From a virus (Duplodnaviria > Caudoviricetes): a stretch of 64,000 nt of DNA. A program made the translations under genes and the position numbers. Location: positions 13,792 through 77,791 of the IMG/VR virus record IMGVR_UViG_3300020577_011550; one strand, given 5' to 3'. The notes below the pieces were generated by a model. The model saw only the letters and a program-made list of their open reading frames with translations. It had not been told where the DNA came from and made no database searches. Below, one piece after another: positions 19,279 through 29,324 of the stretch. Numbering within the stretch: position 1 is the first letter of the stretch; each line of letters begins with the position of its first letter.

Positions 19279-20120
19279 GCCGTCACCTCTAGACTATTTT
19301 GCACGAGGCTCACAACTTCCGCGGCAAACGGTTCAAAACGGCGAACAGCCTCGACCGCCGACGCACGGTCATAGGATGCTTCACGGTCTTTCACTTCGCG
19401 GTGCGCGTAGATCGACATGAGGCGATTGCGCGACTCCTGCCACGCTACACCCGCGCTGATCGCAGGTAGGATGCGCGGCGGATAGGGGCGATGGCGATAC
19501 ATCATCTTGAGCATTTCGTGATTCACCTTCGCCGTATTGTCACGTGCCGCCATCCGGGTCGGCAGCACGCCGATCAGCTTCGCAGCGGGGAAGTTAGTCG
19601 CTTCACCTTTGGCGCGCGCCGTATCAAGAAAGTTGAGTGTGTCGCCGACGCTCTCAATGCAGTCCAGCTCCGTCATCGTCGGAATATAGACATAATCCGA
19701 CGTGTAGTAGACCGCCGTGTGCAGCTGCGTGATACCGGGGCTGGTGTCGATGAGCACCACATCTGCCCAACCGCGCAGGAGATTGACCTTTTCGTAGAAG
19801 ACTGCCGGGGTGCGCTTGTCTTCTTCGATCTCGCGCGTGCCATTCCACGCCGACACGAGCATCAGGTCAGCATCCTTGCGATTGGTGAACAGAGGCGATA
19901 CCGGGCGCAGCACGTCTTCCCATTGTGCGCCGCCGTACATCAGATCAAACAGGTCATCCCGTTCTTCCAGTCCGACGCGGCGCGACGCATTGCCTTGACC
20001 GTCAGCCTCGATCACCACCGTGAACAGACCGGCCCGCGCGCACGCAGCCGCGAGATTCATGATCGTTGTCGTCTTACCAACGCCGCCTTTACGAGCAATA
20101 CCACCAATGATAACCGTCAC
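19275..20120 (-). CDS. parA: ParA/Soj-family ATPase
   Basis: RKGGVGKTTT deviant Walker A, EADGQGNAS, VLIDTSPG. Confidence 0.9.
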   Translation of the reverse strand: MTVIIGGIARKGGVGKTTTIMNLAAACARAGLFTVVIEADGQGNASRRVGLEERDDLFDLMYGGAQWEDVLRPVSPLFTNRKDADLMLVSAWNGTREIEEDKRTPAVFYEKVNLLRGWADVVLIDTSPGITQLHTAVYYTSDYVYIPTMTELDCIESVGDTLNFLDTARAKGEATNFPAAKLIGVLPTRMAARDNTAKVNHEMLKMMYRHRPYPPRILPAISAGVAWQESRNRLMSIYAHREVKDREASYDRASAVEAVRRFEPFAAEVVSLVQNSLEVTA

Positions 20121-20210
20121 TTCGTCACCACCTTCGCGGCGAAGCTGCCGCCCTGTGCGCCTACTTTCGTCGGCGCGTTTGTCTTCTGAACCTTCACTTG
20201 GACTTTGAAA

Positions 20211-21116
20211 TTACCGTGCATGAATAACGAGCTCCTCTTGCATGTGTGCGAAAAGTTGACCTAGACCCTCGTCCTGCAGCGCTTCCCGCAGCGCTTTCAA
20301 CGTGCGCGCCGGGTCGCCCCGGTACACGGTGACTACGACCGGCAGCACCTGTTTCGTGCGCCGTTCCTCCTCCAATACATCCGCCAAATGTTCCTGCTGC
20401 GCTTCATACCGCGCGCGCTTCAGGTCCGTCACGGTAGCCTTGCGAATCGGCACGCCGGCAATGTGGCCCGTCGCCTCAATCGTTTGCAGTGTCCGTGATT
20501 CTTGACCGGGCTTCCGGTCTTTCATCTGCGCGAATTCCGTCACCAGCTCGGGGCAGGTGAGCCCGTACTTCGCGATGATGTCCAACACGTACGTCTGGAT
20601 CGCAGGCTTCAACCGTCCCAGCCGATCGACCATGTCCTTACCCGCGAGCGCCGTGATCTCCGAGCTGGTGACCAGATGCGCGATCAACGGGTTCTGCTCG
20701 ACGACCGATTCGGCTCTGACGACCTGCACCGCTTTGGCAACATGCGCCTCGGTGACTTTAGGCGCTTGTTCGGCCTGCGCCAATTTCTGCGCGGTTTCGT
20801 AGGCGCGCAGCTGCTGCGTCGGCTCGGGCAGCGTCTTCAAAACCCGCACATGCCGGTCGGGAATGTTTTCGCCCGTGGGCGAAATATTCGCTTGCACCAG
20901 CGCCGCATCTTTCAGCCGGTAGACCTGACTCGCCGACCGCCCGAACCGCGCCTGAGCGCACGCTGCAAAGCTGTGATAGCCCAGCGCCAACCACCCGCGC
21001 CCGTTATAGAAGCGCAGCACTTCCTCACGCGCGCTTTTCAGGCTGAGCGCGATCTTCTTGACGGAGGCTTCCGCTTCCGCCTTCGATAGATCCGTTGGGA
21101 GCAGGTCATCAGTCAC
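20211..21116 (-). CDS. hypothetical HTH-like phage protein
   Basis: RGWLALGYHSFAAC...RFGRSASQVYRL...A pattern seen in phage proteins; GTG start at 21116. Confidence 0.6.
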   Translation of the reverse strand: MTDDLLPTDLSKAEAEASVKKIALSLKSAREEVLRFYNGRGWLALGYHSFAACAQARFGRSASQVYRLKDAALVQANISPTGENIPDRHVRVLKTLPEPTQQLRAYETAQKLAQAEQAPKVTEAHVAKAVQVVRAESVVEQNPLIAHLVTSSEITALAGKDMVDRLGRLKPAIQTYVLDIIAKYGLTCPELVTEFAQMKDRKPGQESRTLQTIEATGHIAGVPIRKATVTDLKRARYEAQQEHLADVLEEERRTKQVLPVVVTVYRGDPARTLKALREALQDEGLGQLFAHMQEELVIHAR

Positions 21117-22044
21117 GAAGCACCGCCAGTGCCTGTTCGAGCACCCCGGCGATGGACTCACGCCGCAGCCGCGCTTCGAGCAGATCGACAAACGTCTTAA
21201 CCCGCTTGCCTTCCGCAACACGCCACTTATCCGGCATCCGGTTCAGCTTATCCCAGTAGGCAAGAGCGCGGGCACTCGTCATCTCCAGCGGTTCATAGTC
21301 ACCGTATCCGACATAGACCCACACCTTGCCATCCGGACGCAGGAATGGCGACGACCAAACAAACGGCGGACGTTCGGGCTTTTCTTTCGGTGGCGACCCC
21401 GCAGCCGTGATCGGCGCTTCCAGCCCGCGCAGGCCAAACATAGCCTGCTGGCGGATCTTGTATTTGGATGGCTCACCCCATTGGTGACGCGCGCCAAACT
21501 GTTTGGAATACGTCTTAATGGAGCGATTCTTTGGCTCGATGTAAGGCAGGCCGCACAGCGCGAACCAGTCTTGTTCGGTCGCAATTTTGAGACGTTCTTC
21601 GCCCGCATAGACATACCCGTCTTTGACGTGGAACGGGGCGCTGCCGTGCTTGATCTTCGTGACCAGATACATGTTGGCATTATCTGCCGGATTGCCGGGA
21701 CCGGTGCGGAGCCATGTCATGTACCCGCGGTTCCAGTCGTCACACAAAAATAGCTCCGCCTTCATGCCTTGATAGACTAGGCCGCGGTATTTCTCACCCC
21801 AGCGCGTGGTCTTCTTTTCGCCGTAGAGCGCTTTGCTGATCGCCCCCTGCGCGACGAGACCATCAAGGAAGGAGGAATAAGAGGGGAGGGCAGTCGCCAC
21901 GATCTCGATATCGCCAACCTCAGCTCGTTCGCGCCGCAGTGAACCGGCGATCTCACTCCACACAAGGTGCGGGCGGATCAGCGCGAGCAGCGCGTCGGCA
22001 ATCGGACGGACTTCGACCGCGGGCCGCTTCTCCCCGTCAGACAA
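21109..22044 (-). CDS. polX: family X DNA polymerase (minimal PolX / beta-like nucleotidyltransferase)
   Basis: IAGSLRR...GDIEIV, ELF, TWLRTGPG, EQDWFALCGLPYIEP; TTG start after GGAGGAGG. Confidence 0.8.
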   Translation of the reverse strand: MSDGEKRPAVEVRPIADALLALIRPHLVWSEIAGSLRRERAEVGDIEIVATALPSYSSFLDGLVAQGAISKALYGEKKTTRWGEKYRGLVYQGMKAELFLCDDWNRGYMTWLRTGPGNPADNANMYLVTKIKHGSAPFHVKDGYVYAGEERLKIATEQDWFALCGLPYIEPKNRSIKTYSKQFGARHQWGEPSKYKIRQQAMFGLRGLEAPITAAGSPPKEKPERPPFVWSSPFLRPDGKVWVYVGYGDYEPLEMTSARALAYWDKLNRMPDKWRVAEGKRVKTFVDLLEARLRRESIAGVLEQALAVLRD

Positions 22045-22285
22045 CGGTTTCCTCCTCCGGGATGGGCAGCAGATCACTTAACTGACACCCGAGGAACTTG
22101 GCTAAGGCAATGAGCGTTTTGACGTTCATGGTTTCGAGTACGCCCTCATCACCTCTCAGTAAATGGCTGATGGTCTGCGTGCGTACCCCCGTTGCTTGCG
22201 AGATCTCCCGCTGCGTGTAGCGCTTGTTGTCGCGCTTGTCCTTTTCCGTCAGCAGCGCCAAAAACCGATTTTCCTGTTTTCCCAC
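22037..22285 (-). CDS. XRE-family repressor (candidate immunity repressor)
   Basis: YTQREISQATGVRTQTISHLL...TLIALAKFLGCQLSDLL; located at the divergent switch. Confidence 0.85.
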   Translation of the reverse strand: MGKQENRFLALLTEKDKRDNKRYTQREISQATGVRTQTISHLLRGDEGVLETMNVKTLIALAKFLGCQLSDLLPIPEEETVV

Positions 22286-22314
22286 TCTCGCACCTCTTCC
22301 GCTAGCGATACCGT

Positions 22315-22368
22315 ATTATAGCACAAAAAGATCAAATATTTGACACCAAAGGCGCATTAAACTATACT
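22315..22368. promoter_or_regulatory. divergent promoters (genetic-switch region)
   Basis: Plus strand TTGACA(22340)-N17-TATACT(22363); minus strand extended -10 TGcTATAAT (22320-22315). Confidence 0.75.
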
Positions 22369-22607
22369 TTTAATATTCTCATGTTCATAGAGGGCGGTTC
22401 ATGGTTTATCTTGATAGTAAATGCTCATTATTTCAGATTTGTAACCAACCTCTGACGTTAAATTCACGCGGGTTAGTTGTACTATGAAACTAATAACGTT
22501 GATAGGCGGCTATGGCCGTATATACCCTATAGCCGATGTAACAGATTTCTTTTTTGATCATTGCTATGCTCACCCACGACACACAACATTCAAGAAAGGT
22601 GAGGATC

Positions 22608-22841
22608 ATGAGCCAGCATGTGGATCCAAAACATTGGGGACGCTTACGATTACCGGAAGAGCTCATCGACGCATCGAAAGCTATATGCAAGCGAGAAGGG
22701 TTCAATCCGCAGGACGAATTCCATCTGTTCCTGTACTTCACCCTTCACAAAGCGTTCCCCGAATGGACGGCGCACGCGACCGAGCTGCACGAACTCGACT
22801 GGCTGCGTGCGCAGCTCGAGGAAATGGGCAAGATCACGTAA
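22608..22841 (+). CDS. small DNA-binding-like protein (RHH/Cro position)
   Basis: SD GAAAGGTGAGG; GRLRLPEELIDASKAICKREG resembles a ribbon-helix-helix. Confidence 0.6.
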   Translation: MSQHVDPKHWGRLRLPEELIDASKAICKREGFNPQDEFHLFLYFTLHKAFPEWTAHATELHELDWLRAQLEEMGKIT

Positions 22842-22861
22842 CGTCGCTGGACTTAACCGAT

Positions 22862-22908
22862 AAAAAAGGACTGACATCTCCGCGCATGGATGATGCCAGT
22901 CCTTTTTT
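22862..22908. terminator. intrinsic terminator hairpin
   Basis: AAAAAAGGACTG...CAGTCCTTTTTT. Confidence 0.7.
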
Positions 22909-22992
22909 GTTGGTTGGGGATTTCGTACCTACCAACATGTTCGTTTTCGATCATCTGTGCTAAATTTGAGAGGGAGTAACGAAAATCTAACT

Positions 22993-23265
22993 ATGCCGCA
23001 TTTCTTGACGCCCCCACGAGGCCAAAAGGTCGTGGCAAAGCAAGTCCTGGGATTTATCCCCGTGCACAACACGTGCGTCACCGCGCAGGTGGAGACGAAC
23101 AAGCGGGGAGGGTATCGTCTGGTGGTTGGCGAGGGCATGGATCTGGCCCACACCGGCCGCTACAAATCGGTCGAAGAAGCGATGGAAGGAGCCGCGAATT
23201 ATGTCCGAGCAGCACACAGCGACCTCGAACGTAGCAGCCTGCGCCAGCCTCAACCTGCTGGCTGA
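22993..23265 (+). CDS. hypothetical protein
   Basis: ATG at 22993 downstream of GAGAGGGAG. Confidence 0.45.
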   Translation: MPHFLTPPRGQKVVAKQVLGFIPVHNTCVTAQVETNKRGGYRLVVGEGMDLAHTGRYKSVEEAMEGAANYVRAAHSDLERSSLRQPQPAG

Positions 23266-23443
23266 CGAATTCACCGAAGTGTTCCTTGCGGGAACAAACA
23301 CGCAGATCGTGACGCTGGCAGCTATCAGCCCGCCGCGTCGCCGCCCGGCAACGACGTATCAGGCGTGGGTGTTCAATTTTGATACTTGCGAAAGCGCCAT
23401 CATCATTTTGTCCGCGGAAACCCCGCTGGACGTCGGGCAATGA
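23201..23443 (+). CDS. hypothetical protein
   Basis: ATG at 23201 after GGAAGGAG; ends at a hairpin. Confidence 0.4.
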   Translation: MSEQHTATSNVAACASLNLLADEFTEVFLAGTNTQIVTLAAISPPRRRPATTYQAWVFNFDTCESAIIILSAETPLDVGQ

Positions 23444-23446
23444 AAA

Positions 23447-23515
23447 AGGCTGGTCTCGAAAGGCCAGCCTCAGCAGGTGATCGGCTCCGATGGTTGAACC
23501 CCTAGAGCCGATCAC
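23447..23515 (+). repeat. two adjacent hairpins upstream of the recombinase gene
   Basis: AGGCTGGTCT-cgaa-AGGCCAGCCT, then a perfect 12-bp inverted repeat GGTGATCGGCTC...GAGCCGATCACC. Confidence 0.7.
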
Positions 23516-23535
23516 CGAGAACAGGATAACTCGAA

Positions 23536-24975
23536 ATGACAAACTTAGCAATCGCACCATCCAAATCTGAAATGCGGCTCGTCCGCCGCAGCATCCTGAC
23601 CATACCTCCAGAGCAGTTGGAGCGGATCAAGATGATCGTGGACTATCTCGGGGATTCAGCGCTCACCATTGCCAAGAATGGCAGTAGCAAGATGAGCAAG
23701 GGTGACATCGCGCTGGTCATTTTCAAGGGGCTGGAAGTCGGTCTTGAACCTATGGCCGCACTCGAAAGCATCGATCTCATCAGTGGCAAGCCCACGCTTG
23801 ATCCAGCCGGCATGCTAGCGCTGGTGCAGGCAAGCGGACAGCTCGATGACATCCAGTTCATCGAAGAGACCGAAGTGACCTCGCGCATCATGATGAAGCG
23901 CGCAGGGCAGTCGGAATACACGCGCATCTTCACAATCGAAGACGCTAAGCGGATGGTCACGACCGAATGGGTGAACCAGGTCAAGCAGACGATCCCGCTC
24001 ACCGAAAAGGCGAACTGGAAGGCGATGCCCTCGATCATGCTCAAGTGCCGCAACATCTCCCAGATGTGTCGCTACCTGTTCGGCGACGTGATTCAAGGGT
24101 TGTACACGCCGGAAGAACTGGGCGCCTCGGTCTCCGTCGATGCCGATGGGCATATGGTGGTTCTGCACACTGAGCAGCCGCGCCAGCAGCAGCAGCCGAC
24201 CGTACCGCCGACAACTCAGTCGACGACCCAGCCGCAGCTTCCGGAAGGCATGAAGGGCACATGGGCGAACGCGGAGTCCATTAACAAGATCCTCAGCATC
24301 TTCGCCGAAGAAGCGAACGGCAGCCTCACCGCGACCGAAGTGTTCCGGTTGGCAGGCATTGAAGCCGCAGAGGGCATGAAGCCGGATGCGTGGAACAAAG
24401 TCTACGCTTCGGGCAAGGAAGCGGGACAGACGATCAAGGCCGCGTTTGAAAAGGCACTCACCGAGAAGCCCGCGACCCCGAAGACGCCCGTGCTCGACGA
24501 TGAGCAGTTGATCGCCGCGCTCGAAGAGCTGTACCCACACGCGCTGGCGGACTTCGAAGAATCGTTGGGTTACGCGCTGCTGGAAAAGGCGCTGACGCTG
24601 CAAGACGCGCTCGCCCGCGTCGCCGGGGTGATCGTCTCCAATGTGTGGTCGGTGCTGGCCAGCGTGGGCACGTACAAGGTCACGACCGGCAAAGCGCCGC
24701 AGCACTACACGGAGCTGGAGACCGGGATCGGCCCAATCCGCATCTACGGTCGTGACACCTTCAAGAAGATGTCTGAATCGTTCTATGACGAGAATGGCAT
24801 CGAGAAGTGGGAAGCGGGGAAGCGCTACGAGTTCAACGTCCCGCTCGTCGTGAGCTGGGAACAGAAGCAGGGCTACAAGGTGGCCACCGACATTGACCTG
24901 TTTGTGCCCGACGGGTTTGAACAGGAAGAAGTCTCGGAGACCACGAAAGACTTCAACGCTATCGGGCAGCCGTAA
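23536..24975 (+). CDS. RecT/Red-beta-like single-strand annealing protein with a long C-terminal extension
   Basis: GLEVGLEPMAALESIDLISGKP...FTIEDAKR...NWKAMPSIML...FGDVIQGLYTPEEL. Confidence 0.75.
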   Translation: MTNLAIAPSKSEMRLVRRSILTIPPEQLERIKMIVDYLGDSALTIAKNGSSKMSKGDIALVIFKGLEVGLEPMAALESIDLISGKPTLDPAGMLALVQASGQLDDIQFIEETEVTSRIMMKRAGQSEYTRIFTIEDAKRMVTTEWVNQVKQTIPLTEKANWKAMPSIMLKCRNISQMCRYLFGDVIQGLYTPEELGASVSVDADGHMVVLHTEQPRQQQQPTVPPTTQSTTQPQLPEGMKGTWANAESINKILSIFAEEANGSLTATEVFRLAGIEAAEGMKPDAWNKVYASGKEAGQTIKAAFEKALTEKPATPKTPVLDDEQLIAALEELYPHALADFEESLGYALLEKALTLQDALARVAGVIVSNVWSVLASVGTYKVTTGKAPQHYTELETGIGPIRIYGRDTFKKMSESFYDENGIEKWEAGKRYEFNVPLVVSWEQKQGYKVATDIDLFVPDGFEQEEVSETTKDFNAIGQP

Positions 24976-24992
24976 CACGCTGCACCGCCTAT

Positions 24993-25037
24993 AAAAGCGA
25001 AACGGGACTCGCATCCCCATGCGTCCCGTTTCGCTTT
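24993..25037. terminator. intrinsic terminator hairpin
   Basis: AAAGCGAAACGGGA...TCCCGTTTCGCTTT. Confidence 0.7.
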
Positions 25038-25106
25038 CAAGTCTATTTTGTCAGCACACAGATAGCATAACACGGTTTTTCGTGCGGTGCTAGTTAGGGT
25101 TCGGTA

Positions 25107-25781
25107 ATGTTCGCATTGCACGATAATTGGTTCAAACTTCCGAGGCAAGTGATCAGCATCTTCCCGCTGCTGGACACGGCACAGGAAACAAAAACGGTTC
25201 TGTATGCACTTTGCCACCTCTGGGATGGTGGTGCTTTCTGGCTCAGTTTTGATGATTTTCTGAATGGGTGTGCGTCTGCCAATAGCGATGAACGCTACGA
25301 CAACGGCGTTTCGCTCACAGAAAAGGAACTGCGGGAAGCTCTAGCCTCACTCGTAAAGAAGGGGTTTTTACGCCAATCGCCAGTCGATCATGCTGAGATT
25401 TATACATTAGTGCTTCAGCAAAGTCACCCAATCAGTGATTGGGGGGATAACCCCAACAGCGCAGGCAAGCCGTGGACGAATACGCCAAAACCTCGCAAAA
25501 CGTCGCCAGGCTATATCTATGTCCTGCGCGGCGGTGAGCTGTACAAGATCGGTCGATCCGCGAACCCAAAGGCACGGATTAAGTCTTTATCAACCGTGTC
25601 GCCGGTCGCGCTTGAAGTCATTTGCTTGTCTGAAACGAACGATATGGTCGGCGTGGAGATTCAGCTCCACGAGCGTTTTGCCGACAAACGACAACAAGGA
25701 GAATGGTTTGCTCTAACCGACGATGATGTTCACTCTATCCGAGCTATGTTAGAACCATCTACTGTTGGGGGGCAATCATGA
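25107..25781 (+). CDS. wHTH plus T5orf172 (GIY-YIG-like) protein
   Basis: C-terminal GYIYVL...YKIGRSANPKARI...VEIQLHERF...GEWF. Confidence 0.8.
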   Translation: MFALHDNWFKLPRQVISIFPLLDTAQETKTVLYALCHLWDGGAFWLSFDDFLNGCASANSDERYDNGVSLTEKELREALASLVKKGFLRQSPVDHAEIYTLVLQQSHPISDWGDNPNSAGKPWTNTPKPRKTSPGYIYVLRGGELYKIGRSANPKARIKSLSTVSPVALEVICLSETNDMVGVEIQLHERFADKRQQGEWFALTDDDVHSIRAMLEPSTVGGQS

Positions 25782-27253
25782 CCCCCAAACACATTCCTGT
25801 TTCATTGAAGCTTATCAACGAAGATAAGGAAAACATCGCATACCGCAAAACTTTTGCCGCGCTGACTGACAGCGTAACCGGAGCAATCCTGCTCCAACAA
25901 ATGTCGTTTAACGCCAAACTTAAGAACTACGACCCGTTCTACAAATTCCGTCAGCCTTGCAGTAAGCATGAGCTTTACAAAGACGGTGACTCGTGGACAG
26001 AAGAGCTGGGCTTTAACGTGGCCGAGTTCGATAACGCACTGAAGATCATTGCTACCAAAGTCACAAAGGGCGTGAGCAAGAAGGCGCTGCTTGAAACAGA
26101 ATATCCGGTTCAAGCACCGGGCGAATCTGATCAAGCATATGCCAAGCGCTACGAGGCCGCGCTGCGCTGTCTTGTCATTTATTGGACAGATGCTAACCGC
26201 CTCACATGGTATCAAGTCAACACTGAGCTACTAGATAAATTCATAAACTCGATTTATCTAGGAAAGTGCAAAGGGTTGAGATATCTGAAAAAGGCCGTTT
26301 ATAGAGATACCCTAAAAGGTCGGAAAGCGGAGATTCCTGATCCAGAGATCACTTCAGAGATCACTTCAGAGAAAAAGATCGACGATCAGGTGTTCGAAAT
26401 TTCCGTCTCGATTCCTACCATCGACGACGATGCGCGCGGCGAGATCCTCCTCCTCCTTCACGGTCAGCGTTTCCACGGCAAGAAGCGTCTCGGCAAGTTT
26501 GAATATATCTGGGAGAAGCTGCTGCCCGTCGCCAAGCGCCCCGATCCCATGGCCTATATGGGCGTGTGGGCGAAGGTGGAAGCCCACGACTACTGGCTGA
26601 CATTCCAGCGTACCTATCAGCAGGCCGAGCGCCTCAGTGCGCGCAATGCGGTGAACATCTGGCAGGACATTGAGCAGATGACCAGCATGGACGTGATGCC
26701 CGTCGAGATCGAGCAGGTGATCGCCTGGCGCATCACGCCGAAGCGGAAGCAGCCGTACAAGTTCGAGTATCTGCTGATGGACATTAAAGCGCTGCGCGAG
26801 CGGGATAAGATCGACGATCCGGATCTGGAGCTGGCGATTTGCAAGGTGTTCAAGGTGCAGGCGGGAGACTTTACCCGGCGACTTGCTCGCTTCTTCGAAG
26901 GCAAAGAGGGTGATTTGCCCGCATGGAATCTCTATCGCCTCAAGGACAACCCGATGAGCGCCCGCGAGCTGGCCGCGTTCAAGCGCTGGTACGACGACGA
27001 CGAGCGGTATGACAATCAGGAGACGCCGCCGACGACGGCCGCCAACCTGCGCGATAAGATCGATTTATTCCGCGCCAGCCTGAATCACGCGGCGCGGGTG
27101 GAACGCGCTCAACCGCTGCTCGAGCAGTGGCTTGGTGTCCAGACTCAGCCAGCACCGCCGGTCGTGGTGGATGAACCGGATGCAGAATTCGCGGCGCAGA
27201 TTGACGCGGACGTAGCGAATATGGTCGGGCAGTTCAGTGGAGGTCGTCGATGA
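25778..27253 (+). CDS. putative replication initiator protein
   Basis: Directly upstream of DnaB; N-terminal TGAILLQQ...SWTEELG wHTH-like region; ITSEITSE linker encoded by direct repeats. Confidence 0.6.
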   Translation: MTPKHIPVSLKLINEDKENIAYRKTFAALTDSVTGAILLQQMSFNAKLKNYDPFYKFRQPCSKHELYKDGDSWTEELGFNVAEFDNALKIIATKVTKGVSKKALLETEYPVQAPGESDQAYAKRYEAALRCLVIYWTDANRLTWYQVNTELLDKFINSIYLGKCKGLRYLKKAVYRDTLKGRKAEIPDPEITSEITSEKKIDDQVFEISVSIPTIDDDARGEILLLLHGQRFHGKKRLGKFEYIWEKLLPVAKRPDPMAYMGVWAKVEAHDYWLTFQRTYQQAERLSARNAVNIWQDIEQMTSMDVMPVEIEQVIAWRITPKRKQPYKFEYLLMDIKALRERDKIDDPDLELAICKVFKVQAGDFTRRLARFFEGKEGDLPAWNLYRLKDNPMSARELAAFKRWYDDDERYDNQETPPTTAANLRDKIDLFRASLNHAARVERAQPLLEQWLGVQTQPAPPVVVDEPDAEFAAQIDADVANMVGQFSGGRR

Positions 27254-28650
27254 CGCAGCAGAAAAGACCTGTGCCAGGGAAGGTACTCGACTTGCAGAGC
27301 CAGCCGGGAATTATGCGTCTCGCACCGCACAGCCCAGAGGCCGAAGAAGCGGTGATCGGCGGGGTGCTGACCGATCCGGATGCATTCTACGGAATCGCCT
27401 CGTACCTCAAACCGCAAGACTTCCACATCAACCGGTTGGCGATTGTCTGGGAAGCGATGCTTAAGGTCGCAGAACGGCATGAAGGCATCGATGTGCTGAC
27501 TGTCAGCGAAGAAATTCGCGCGATGGGCAAGGCAGCGCAGTTTGATGATAAGACGCGTGGCTTTCTGACGAATCTGATCAACCGCACCCCCACCAGCGTT
27601 CACACTGAGACCTACGCCAGCGTAATCGAGCGCCTCGCTATTCGGCGGCGCTTGCTCACGGTGGCGGATGAAATCAAGGCGTTGGCCTATGATGAGCAGC
27701 TTCCGATTGAGATCATTACAACGCAATCGGAAGAACGGTTGTTTGACGCCACGGGGCGCGCGAATCGGGAGCAGGAATTCGCGATGGAACAACTGCTGGA
27801 AGCGCACAATGCGTACGTCGAGGCGGTCAGTAAAGATTCAGGCGTCGCGGGTTTGAAGCTGTATATTTCGGCGCTGGATCAGCAGAATATCATGATCTTC
27901 CGCAAAGATGTGCACGTCCTCGCCGCGCCATCAGGGCAGGGGAAAAGCTCCTTCTTGCTCAATACCCTGGCCATTAATCAGCTGCGCATGGGCAAACTGG
28001 TCGTCATCATCACGAACGAGATGAACGAGGCGGGCGTGATCCGGCGGTTGATCTCGGGCGAAGCGGCTATCAGCGAAGAGCGGCTGCGTCAGGGAACGAT
28101 GTCGCCTGAAGAAAAGCGCCGCTATTTGGAAGCGACCGCGCGCATGGCGAATTGGCGGATGCTGGTGGTGTCGCAGTTGAACCCGGCCAACCCCGTCACC
28201 CCATTGACGGTTGAGCGCACGCTGCGCCGCATTGAGCACTTTCACGGCAACATTGATCTCGTGATCATCGACGGCATGAAGGCGATGAAGTTTGCCGTGG
28301 GCTATGAAGGCGAATATCAGAACGAGCTTAAGCTGATTCTGCCTGGCCTGAAAGGGGTCGCGGATCAGATGAACGTCCCGCTGTTTTGCGCGCATCACCT
28401 CAACCGGCAAAGCTCGAAGAAGACGAAGCCGCCCACACTGGAGGGCATGTACGGCGGCAGCGCGATTGAGCAGTATGCCGACACCGTCTGGGCGCTGGTG
28501 CGCGAAGAATACGACCCGATGATTCCCAATCAGCCCTCGCACTTGATTTCGCTCAAGGTGCGCTCAGGCACGCCGTACTTTGACGAAGTTCTCCAGTTCA
28601 ACAAGGCTGCGAATCGTTACGACAGCGAGCAGTCGCGCATCAACTTCTAA
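27250..28650 (+). CDS. dnaB: replicative DnaB-like helicase
   Basis: PHSPEAEEAVIGGVL, DFH, DVLTV; Walker A APSGQGKS; NEM; HLNR; SAIEQYAD. Confidence 0.9.
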   Translation: MTQQKRPVPGKVLDLQSQPGIMRLAPHSPEAEEAVIGGVLTDPDAFYGIASYLKPQDFHINRLAIVWEAMLKVAERHEGIDVLTVSEEIRAMGKAAQFDDKTRGFLTNLINRTPTSVHTETYASVIERLAIRRRLLTVADEIKALAYDEQLPIEIITTQSEERLFDATGRANREQEFAMEQLLEAHNAYVEAVSKDSGVAGLKLYISALDQQNIMIFRKDVHVLAAPSGQGKSSFLLNTLAINQLRMGKLVVIITNEMNEAGVIRRLISGEAAISEERLRQGTMSPEEKRRYLEATARMANWRMLVVSQLNPANPVTPLTVERTLRRIEHFHGNIDLVIIDGMKAMKFAVGYEGEYQNELKLILPGLKGVADQMNVPLFCAHHLNRQSSKKTKPPTLEGMYGGSAIEQYADTVWALVREEYDPMIPNQPSHLISLKVRSGTPYFDEVLQFNKAANRYDSEQSRINF

Positions 28651-28654
28651 ATTC

Positions 28655-28683
28655 TTGCTATACCATACGGTCTATGGTATACT
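28655..28683 (+). promoter_or_regulatory. promoter with embedded palindromic operator (copy 2)
   Basis: TTGCTA-N17-TATACT containing TATACCATA-cggtc-TATGGTATA. Confidence 0.85.
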
Positions 28684-28706
28684 CCTTTCAATGAAAGGAG
28701 AGGGAT

Positions 28707-29012
28707 ATGCCGGAGACCGTAATCACCATCGTGATCCCCGACGGGCAGGACGAGGCAAAAACCGCCAACATCCTGCTCCGCCGCGGGGACAACGCCCGCA
28801 TTAAATCCATCACATTTTCCACACTCGCCGACCTGACCGACGCAGTTCACGATCTCTCGCTTGAGGTTCAAGAGATCGAGTTTGCGGCTGAGCCGGAGAA
28901 GGTCAAGAAAGCCTCCCGCAAGAAAGCGGATCACCCCGTTGCGCCTAAAGGCCAACCCAACCCACAGCCCGTCGCGGCTGAGTTTTCCGTCAAGCAGCAG
29001 ATCCTATTTTAG
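28707..29012 (+). CDS. PRTRC protein E-like protein
   Basis: First gene of the cassette; Lys/Pro-rich C-terminus ending QQILF, reminiscent of PRTRC protein E. Confidence 0.45.
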   Translation: MPETVITIVIPDGQDEAKTANILLRRGDNARIKSITFSTLADLTDAVHDLSLEVQEIEFAAEPEKVKKASRKKADHPVAPKGQPNPQPVAAEFSVKQQILF

Positions 29013-29023
29013 CGAGGTGCTCC

Positions 29024-29317
29024 ATGCCTGATTTTGATGATACCGAGATGCTGGACGCCGGCGACGAGGCCGACGTCGAAACCACCGAGGCGCAGCCGGT
29101 CGAAGCCGCGCCCGATCAGCCTGTCACCAAGCGCGTGTTCAAGGTCGGCGGCACAACCATCCACGAAGATGCGACGACCGCGGCACTCAGCAGCGAAGCC
29201 GCACGCGACGTGCTCAAGGCGATGTATCCGGAGATCGCCAATGCAACCATCCGCGAAACGGTCAATAATGGTGTGAAAACGGTTGAATTCTTGCCCCAGC
29301 CGGGGCGGAAAGGTTAG
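29024..29317 (+). CDS. prokaryotic ubiquitin-like protein (PRTRC protein C)
   Basis: KRVFKVG...DVLKAMYPEIANATI...VEFLPQPGRKG ending in an exposed Gly. Confidence 0.8.
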   Translation: MPDFDDTEMLDAGDEADVETTEAQPVEAAPDQPVTKRVFKVGGTTIHEDATTAALSSEAARDVLKAMYPEIANATIRETVNNGVKTVEFLPQPGRKG

Positions 29318-29324
29318 TTTTCAC

